In this document: positions 19,378-25,171 of the stretch, piece by piece | Position numbering within the stretch: position 1 is the first letter of the stretch | Layout: each line of letters starts with the position of its first letter | Source: Thecamonas trahens ATCC 50062 | Lineage: Eukaryota > Protista > Apusomonadida | Direction: 5' to 3' | DNA length: 25,171 nt | Assembly: GCF_000142905.1 (NCBI RefSeq) | Contig: NW_013657608.1 | Location: forward strand, 86,368 to 111,538 | Made by a program: the position numbers and the translations under genes | Notes under the pieces: generated by a model | The model's database searches: none | What the model saw: only the letters and a program-made list of their open reading frames with translations | Told to the model about the DNA's origin: nothing

Positions 19378-20280
19378 ATGCCCCGAGTCACCTCGCGCAG
19401 ACGCAAGGCCTTTGTCGGGCCAAACAGAACAAAGGCGTACCCGTCGTCACCTCCCCGACGCGCATCGGCACGTTCCAAGGCCAAGGCTACGGAGGTTACG
19501 CCATCAAAGCAGCAGCCCGCGCTCGCGACTGATCAACTCGCCGGCGATCGTGACCGCGATCGCGAGCGCGAGCGCGACAGCAGCACGCCACCCTCCATCG
19601 ACCCTGAAGCGCCAGCCGCCTTCACACCGCCACCAGTCGTACCGCCTACACTTTGTCGTGCAACATTGGGCTCGGCAAGCGGGACTCTCAACCAGGGCGC
19701 CTCTCCGGGCCAGGATCCACTCTCGCCACGAGCTGCACCCTCGTCACCACCGCCGAAAAAGGCCGTCACTGACGACCTTTTGCCGACATCCCTCTCCCTC
19801 ACGCCGCACGCTGCCCTTGACTCGGTGGAAGCTGGCTCACAAGCCTCGCCAGTCCTTGGTTCGCAGGAAGTTCTGATTGTTCACTCGGACCAGCCAAACA
19901 CTGCGCCTGATCCCCCTGCGCTGCCAGCGCCGCCAGACACTCCAGCGCGCAAGCGGACGCGCGCCGATCGATCACCGTCGCCGTCGCGCGCCGCCAGCCG
20001 CAGTCCGGCCAAGAGCAAGGCCAGCAGCAACGACGAGGCGCGACCCGCCAAGCGCCGCAGTGCTGGAACCAGCCTCCCACCATCGCCTCATCCCGCACCC
20101 GCGCTCGTTCTGGAACCTCCTTCCGAGCCCGCTCTCGAATCAGGTCACGACGTGACCGGTGCCATCGCGGCGGCGCTTCGCGACCAAGCTGCCTTCATCG
20201 TCACCATCCAGACCAAGGTCCGCATGCTCACTCGGATCCTCGCCTCATACAAGCACCACCTCCGCCAGGCCAAAGCTTGA
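19378..20280 (+). CDS. Hypothetical Pro/Ser/Arg-rich protein with a short C-terminal helical segment
   Basis: ATG 19378 opens a 300-codon ORF. It has basic clusters (RKRTR, PAKRR) and C-terminal amphipathic 'AIAAALRDQAAFIVTIQTKVRMLTRILASYK'. No family is recognised. Confidence 0.6.
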   Translation: MPRVTSRRRKAFVGPNRTKAYPSSPPRRASARSKAKATEVTPSKQQPALATDQLAGDRDRDRERERDSSTPPSIDPEAPAAFTPPPVVPPTLCRATLGSASGTLNQGASPGQDPLSPRAAPSSPPPKKAVTDDLLPTSLSLTPHAALDSVEAGSQASPVLGSQEVLIVHSDQPNTAPDPPALPAPPDTPARKRTRADRSPSPSRAASRSPAKSKASSNDEARPAKRRSAGTSLPPSPHPAPALVLEPPSEPALESGHDVTGAIAAALRDQAAFIVTIQTKVRMLTRILASYKHHLRQAKA

Positions 20281-20466
20281 CCAGTCAAGCCGCCCAAAAG
20301 CAACGTGCTGCGTAGAGCGACATGCTGCGGCGACATGCGGCACGACCACAGGTTTGTGCGGGGCCAAACGCGACCTGCACCGACCGCCACGTCGTGCCAC
20401 CTCCACTACGCTCCCCCTCACCCCTCTTCCAGCTGCTTCCAGCTAACAACACTCTCTCTGCACACC

Positions 20467-21961
20467 ATGTCTGCCACCAACGCCCACCCTGCTCCCCCTG
20501 CTGTCGGTACGCCGCCGCCCACGCCCGTACCCGTGCCTTCCTCTCCTTCCCCTCCCCCCCCCCCCCCTCCCCCATCACCCGCACTCACCAAAACCTGGCA
20601 CAGGCGAGCCTGCCAGCAAGAAGGCCAAGCTGCTGCTGCCGTCGGACCACACTGTGCATGGCATCCATGCGCGGGAGATCCTGGACTCGCGCGGAAACCC
20701 GACGGTGGAGGTCGAGGTGACGACTGTGGCCGGGACGTTCCGTGCGGCGGTGCCGTCTGGGGCGTCGACAGGCGTGTACGAGGCGCTCGAGCTGCGCGAT
20801 GGCGATGCGGCGCGGTACCGCGGCAAGGGTGTGCTCAAGGCCGTGGCTAACGTCAACAACGACATTGCTGCGGCGCTGGTCGGTTCGGCGGCGGTCGATG
20901 TCCGTGCACAGAGCGCGGTTGACGGCCTCCTCCTCGAGCTCGACGGGACGCCGAACAAGGCCAAGCTCGGCGCCAACGCTATCCTCGGCGTCTCGCTGGC
21001 GGTGGCCAAGGCCGGCGCTGCGCACTGCGGCGTCCCGCTCTACCGCCACATCGCCAACCTTGCTGGCAACGAGGCAGTGACGCTCCCGTGCCCGGCGTTC
21101 AACGTCATCAACGGCGGCTCGCACGCCGGCAACAAGCTCGCCATGCAAGAGTTTATGATCCTTCCTGTCGGCGCCTCGTCGTTCTCCGAGGCGCTCCGCA
21201 TGGGTGCCGAGGTCTACCATGCCCTGGCCAAGGTGATCAAGGCCAAGTACGGCCACGACGCCACCAACGTCGGCGACGAGGGCGGCTTTGCGCCCAACAT
21301 CCTCGACAACAAGGAAGGCCTCGAGCTCCTGACCTCGGCCATCGAGGCTGCCGGCTACACCGGCGCTATCAAGATCGGCATGGACGTTGCCGCCTCGGAG
21401 TTTTACAAGGACGGCAAGTACGACCTCGACTTTAAGAACGCCGAGTCGGACCCGGCCGAGTGGCTGACCGGCGCCCAGCTCGGTGCGCTCTACAACGAGT
21501 TTGCCGCCGAGTACCCCATTGTCTCGATCGAGGACCCGTTCGACCAGGACGACTGGGCCTCGTGGAGCGCCATGACCGCCGGGGCCGCCTACCAGGTTGT
21601 CGGCGACGACCTGACCGTCACAAACGTCGATCGCATCGCCACCGCCGTCGCCGACAAGGCTTGCAACTGCCTCCTGCTCAAGGTCAACCAGATCGGCTCA
21701 GTCACTGAGTCCATCGCCGCCTGCAACAAGGCCCGCGAGGCCGGCTGGGGTGTCATGGTCTCCCACCGCTCCGGCGAGACCGAGGACACCTTTATTGCCG
21801 ATCTGGTCGTCGGCCTCGGCACCGGCCAGATCAAGACCGGCGCCCCATGCCGCTCCGAGCGCACCGCAAAGTACAATCAGCTCCTTCGCATTGAGGAGGA
21901 GCTCGGCGCCGATGCCGTCTACGCCAAGGGTGCGGGCATCACCGGCTTTGCGCAGCAGTAA
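20467..21961 (+). CDS. ENO: Enolase (phosphopyruvate hydratase); exons 20467-20506 and 20604-21961
   Basis: It has [89 protein letters not shown] and [13 protein letters not shown]. The ATG-bearing first exon is inferred from a phase-compatible GT-AG intron. Confidence 0.97.
20507..20603 (+). other. Spliceosomal intron (97 nt, phase 1) in enolase
   Basis: Donor G|GTACGC, C-rich body, branch-like CACTCAC (~20582-20588) and acceptor CACAG|GC. Splicing joins '[14 protein letters not shown]' in frame to 'EPASKKAK...HGIHAREIL'. Confidence 0.8.
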
Positions 21962-21971
21962 CAACCTCCCT

Positions 21972-24401
21972 TCACCCCTTGCTACTCGCAAGGATCTTGA
22001 TGTACGCCGCCGGCACAATGCCCTCCTCGCCAGCTGCGTTCATGGCGTAGTACCAGTCCGGGTCCGAATCCTTGTCGAGAACCTCGATCTGCTCTCCCTC
22101 GGCCACCCGCAGCTCGTCTTCGTCGTCGCCGGCATACGGGTAGAGAGCCACGGCTGGGTACACCTCGTCGCCGTCTTCGCTGTTATATTCACCGTCGTCG
22201 CCGTCGTCGCCACCGTCGTCGGCCTCATTGCCGTTCTCAGCGACAGTCTCAGCGACGGTCTCCAGCCCCGCCTCGGCCCCCTCGGCCCCCTCGTCTGCCT
22301 CGGCCTCTCTCTCTTCCTCTCCCTCGGCCTCTTCCGCGGCATCGGCATCGGCCTGGTTGTTGCCGTCACTGACAGGCTGGGCATCGACTTGGCCGTGTTC
22401 CTCGGTCTGAGCCTCGTCGACTCCTCCGCTGCCACCCTCGTCGTCGTCACTATCCGAGGAGAGCAGGTCAAGAGCGGCAAGGGCGGCGGCGGCGGCGGCG
22501 ACAACCTCGGGCTCGGCAGCGACGTCGGGTGCATGGCTGATCGACGTGTCCTCGACGAGCTCGACATAGGTGATGGGAACGAGGCCGGTCGAGTCGCCGA
22601 GCTTGACCGAGTACCATTCGGGATCGGCCTCGAGGTCAACAACCGACATGCGGTCGCCGGCCTTGAACGAGAGCTCCTCGCTGTCGACGGCGTCGTAGTC
22701 GTAGAGGGCGGTGACCCAAAGGAGCTTGAGCGAGGGCAGAACCGCCGGCTCGCGGCCGAGTTCGCGCTCGAGCCACCGCATCTGGTCGGTGAGCTGATTG
22801 GTGAGGAGCTCGGCCGAGTCGAGCGCCGCCTTGGTCTCACGATGCTCGTCTGAATCCTCATCATGGGTGGCGAGGAGCGCCGAGGTGGCCTTTGCGTGGT
22901 TCACCGTCAGCGTCAGTGCCTCGAGCGTCGGCCCAACGAGCGCCTCGAGGCTGGGCCAGTCGTACGATGGCCGCTCCGAGATTGGGACGAGGGCAGCGCC
23001 GGTGTCCGAGCGCACCGCCTTGGCGCGGCGGGCCTTGCGCTTGGAAAAGAGCGAGAATTTGCGCTTCTTCTTGCCGCTGGCCTTGAGCTTGGTCGCCTTG
23101 GCGCGGACCGCGACCGGCGGTTTGGTTGCCTCTGTGCACGAGGCCGTGTCCAGGAGGGCGGTGACCCAGGCGTCGCGCTCGGCGGCGCTTGGCGCCTGCA
23201 GCCAGTACGTCGGCTGGTTCTTGTGCGCGATGAAGAACGTGTGGTCGCGCTTGGCCTTGGCCCCAACCCCGACCGACCAGCCGAGCGCCACAAACGACTC
23301 CAGCAAGTGGCCAAACTCGGAGCAGTAGATGTAGACCACGCAGTCATGGAGGACGCAGTACTGCGGCTCCCACGACTTTTTGCTCATCCGCCGCTCGAGG
23401 TAGCCTGCGAGCACCGGATCGCCGAGTTGACTCGGCACGTCGTTCTTTGGCTCGTCCGGATCGACCTCGCATCCGCTCTCCACAAGCACCTCGGTCCACC
23501 GCTCCAGCTGCGCCTCGGACGCGGCTTGCAGCCAGATGGTGTCCGTCATAGGCTTGGCAAGGTAAAAGGTGAACGGCCGCGGGGCATGGAACGGATATCC
23601 GCGCCGCCCCACTGTCCGCGAGATGACCACGTGCGAGGCCTTGGTCGACCCGCCCTTGACGTGGAGGACGTGGAAGACGCCGCCGGCCACCACACAGTAT
23701 CGCTCGGCCCACCCGCCCGATGCTGATCCAATCTTGAGGTAGCCGGCGTGAGCGACAGTGACGCCGTCAAAGTCGACCCCATGCCGGTTGAGAACTCCGA
23801 TGGCAGCGACCATGGACTCGACCAGCTCGTTGTCATCGATCCCGCGCCCGCGGAGCGTCTCGTCGTCGGCTCGCAGCAGCTCGTTCCATGTCATGCCCGC
23901 CAGCTTCTCGCCCAACTCGGCCCATCCGTGATCGTCGAGCCAGCCAGCCACCCGCGTGGCATCGTCCAGATCCTCATCGGCCGCCGCAGCAAATGCCGTA
24001 GTTGCCGCTGCCGCCGACGCCGAGCTAAGCGAGAGCACCCTTGTCCGCTTTGGCGAAGCCGCCGTTGCCGCCACTCGAAGCGGATGCAGAGTCAGTAGAC
24101 CAGCACCACCAGCAGCAGCAGCAGTAGTAGTAGTTGTAGCAGCAGCAGCAGCAGCAGCAGCTTGACTCGCCTCAGCCACCTTATCTCCCACCCCAGCATC
24201 ACGTAGAACACGCTCCAGCAGAGCAATGCGTTCATCGCGCTCGACCACCATGGCCTCCAGCTGACTCACTCTCTCCCTCAGCACATTGTCCTCATTCTCT
24301 TTCGGTCGTCCTTCATCTTGCCTCAGGTTCGGTGGAATCGATGGAAGCTTGCGTTTGCCCTTCTGCGAGGGGAGGGGGGGGGGGGGGCTTACTGCGGACA
24401 T
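21972..24401 (-). CDS. Signalling adaptor: coiled coil, SAM-like, PH, PH, SH3, acidic linker, SH3
   Basis: ATG 24401. SAM-like 'VAGWLDDHGWAEL...ELLRADDETLRGRGI'. PH1 'HAGYLKI..WAERYCVV...WLQAASEAQLERW' and PH2 'LAGYLERR..SWEPQYCVL...YWLQAPSAAERDAWV'. SH3s 'ALYDYDAVDSEELSFKAGD...EWY...GLVPITYV' and 'ALYPYAGDDEDELRV...DWY...GIVPAAYI'. Confidence 0.92.
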   Translation of the reverse strand: MSAVSPPPPLPSQKGKRKLPSIPPNLRQDEGRPKENEDNVLRERVSQLEAMVVERDERIALLERVLRDAGVGDKVAEASQAAAAAAAATTTTTAAAAGGAGLLTLHPLRVAATAASPKRTRVLSLSSASAAAATTAFAAAADEDLDDATRVAGWLDDHGWAELGEKLAGMTWNELLRADDETLRGRGIDDNELVESMVAAIGVLNRHGVDFDGVTVAHAGYLKIGSASGGWAERYCVVAGGVFHVLHVKGGSTKASHVVISRTVGRRGYPFHAPRPFTFYLAKPMTDTIWLQAASEAQLERWTEVLVESGCEVDPDEPKNDVPSQLGDPVLAGYLERRMSKKSWEPQYCVLHDCVVYIYCSEFGHLLESFVALGWSVGVGAKAKRDHTFFIAHKNQPTYWLQAPSAAERDAWVTALLDTASCTEATKPPVAVRAKATKLKASGKKKRKFSLFSKRKARRAKAVRSDTGAALVPISERPSYDWPSLEALVGPTLEALTLTVNHAKATSALLATHDEDSDEHRETKAALDSAELLTNQLTDQMRWLERELGREPAVLPSLKLLWVTALYDYDAVDSEELSFKAGDRMSVVDLEADPEWYSVKLGDSTGLVPITYVELVEDTSISHAPDVAAEPEVVAAAAAALAALDLLSSDSDDDEGGSGGVDEAQTEEHGQVDAQPVSDGNNQADADAAEEAEGEEEREAEADEGAEGAEAGLETVAETVAENGNEADDGGDDGDDGEYNSEDGDEVYPAVALYPYAGDDEDELRVAEGEQIEVLDKDSDPDWYYAMNAAGEEGIVPAAYIKILASSKG
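24101..24161. repeat. Compound trinucleotide repeat (CAG/TAG on +) encoding poly-Ala/poly-Thr in the adaptor
   Basis: cagcagcagcagtagtagtagttgtagcagcagcagcagcagcagc, translating to AAAAAAATTTTTAAAA on the minus strand. Confidence 0.8.
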
Positions 24402-24665
24402 GGCAGGTGTGGTGGGTTGAAGGGAGAGGAAGAGATGTGGGAATGAGAGAGGTGGTTTTGATGGTCGGGGGTCGGTGGTTGGTGTGTATTGGGGGGGGGG
24501 GGGGGTCGTGGTGCGGTGCGGTGTGCGTGGCAACGGTACTCAGGCGCATCTGCAACAACGAGTATCAATGGTATCAATGGGTTGGGAATACAATTTTTTC
24601 TTCGGCAGAATTCACGTGGATGAACAGAGCGGGGATGCGGGGAGGGGAGGAAGGAGGAGGGGGGG

Positions 24666-25169
24666 TTAGCCACGGATAGGGTCCGGAGTGGCGCAGATGG
24701 CATGGAGACGGGCAAGGGCAGCACCGTCCTGGGCGTGGTTGAGAGCGCTGTTGAGCGAGCGGACGTGGCGGAGGTGGAGGGTGTAGCCCGAGGCGGCAAT
24801 GCGCTCGGCAAAGGCGACACCGTCGTCAAGGCGCTTGGCCTTGGCGAGGGCGTGGACGACGGCAGTGAGGGTCTCGTAGGCCGGGCGCGGTGCGGACGAG
24901 TCGGCGGCAGCGGCGTCCAGAAGCGCCTTGCCGATCTCGTGAGCGTCGTCTGCACGGCGGGCAGCGACGTACATGGCGACGAGGAGCTTGTGCGAAACCG
25001 CGTCAGGCTGCAGGCCGACGAGCGGGGCCGGGAGCGGCGGGACCGAGGCTGCGGCCGACGGTGCGGCGCGGACAGGTGCTCCGGGCTCGTCGCCGTACAA
25101 CGAGGTGTAGAGGGCGCGGGCACGGTTGAGGAGGAGTGAACGGGTGTAGACCGAGAGGTAAGCGTTGGC
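24666..25169 (-). CDS. Pentatricopeptide-repeat (PPR)-like protein, C-terminal part (5' end beyond the window)
   Basis: The frame is open to the window end. It has helical-hairpin motifs resembling the PPR consensus: 'NAYLSVYTRSLLLNRARALYTSL', 'PDAVSHKLLVAMYVAARRADDAHEIGKAL' and 'PAYETLTAVVHALAKAKRLDDGVAFAERIAASGY'. Confidence 0.65.
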   Translation of the reverse strand, partial: ANAYLSVYTRSLLLNRARALYTSLYGDEPGAPVRAAPSAAASVPPLPAPLVGLQPDAVSHKLLVAMYVAARRADDAHEIGKALLDAAAADSSAPRPAYETLTAVVHALAKAKRLDDGVAFAERIAASGYTLHLRHVRSLNSALNHAQDGAALARLHAICATPDPIRG

Positions 25170-25171
25170 CG

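Noticed and set aside
1-25171. CRISPR arrays, tRNA/rRNA genes, transposons or operon-like prokaryotic systems
   Set aside because: I saw no spaced repeats, RNA-gene signatures, transposase/RT motifs or terminal repeats. The genes are eukaryotic and functionally unrelated neighbours.

Overview
This is a GC-rich, gene-dense, intron-poor eukaryotic draft-genome window with two N-gaps. Its style suggests a compact protist genome such as the apusomonad Thecamonas, which is inference only. About 11 protein-coding genes lie in this order: 26S proteasome Rpn2/PSMD1 (5'-truncated, +); a D-2-hydroxyacid dehydrogenase (-); a large AMPK/MARK-like kinase with a UBA-like segment split over three frames (-); eIF3j (+); a ~2,020-aa surface protein with 14 FG-GAP-type repeats, a beta-helix, Cys-rich repeats and ~9 TM segments resembling the TRP-like/Flc domain (-); a coiled-coil protein (+); an SDS22-like LRR protein (-); a Pro/Ser-rich hypothetical (+); a two-exon enolase with an NLS-like N-terminal extension (+); a SAM-PH-PH-SH3-SH3 adaptor (-); and a 5'-truncated PPR-like protein (-). 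I found no RNA genes, CRISPR arrays or mobile elements. The most interesting items are the modular receptor/channel-like giant protein, several single-base frame breaks at short homopolymers (most likely sequencing error, recoding not excluded), the enolase extension and a bacterial-type dehydrogenase.
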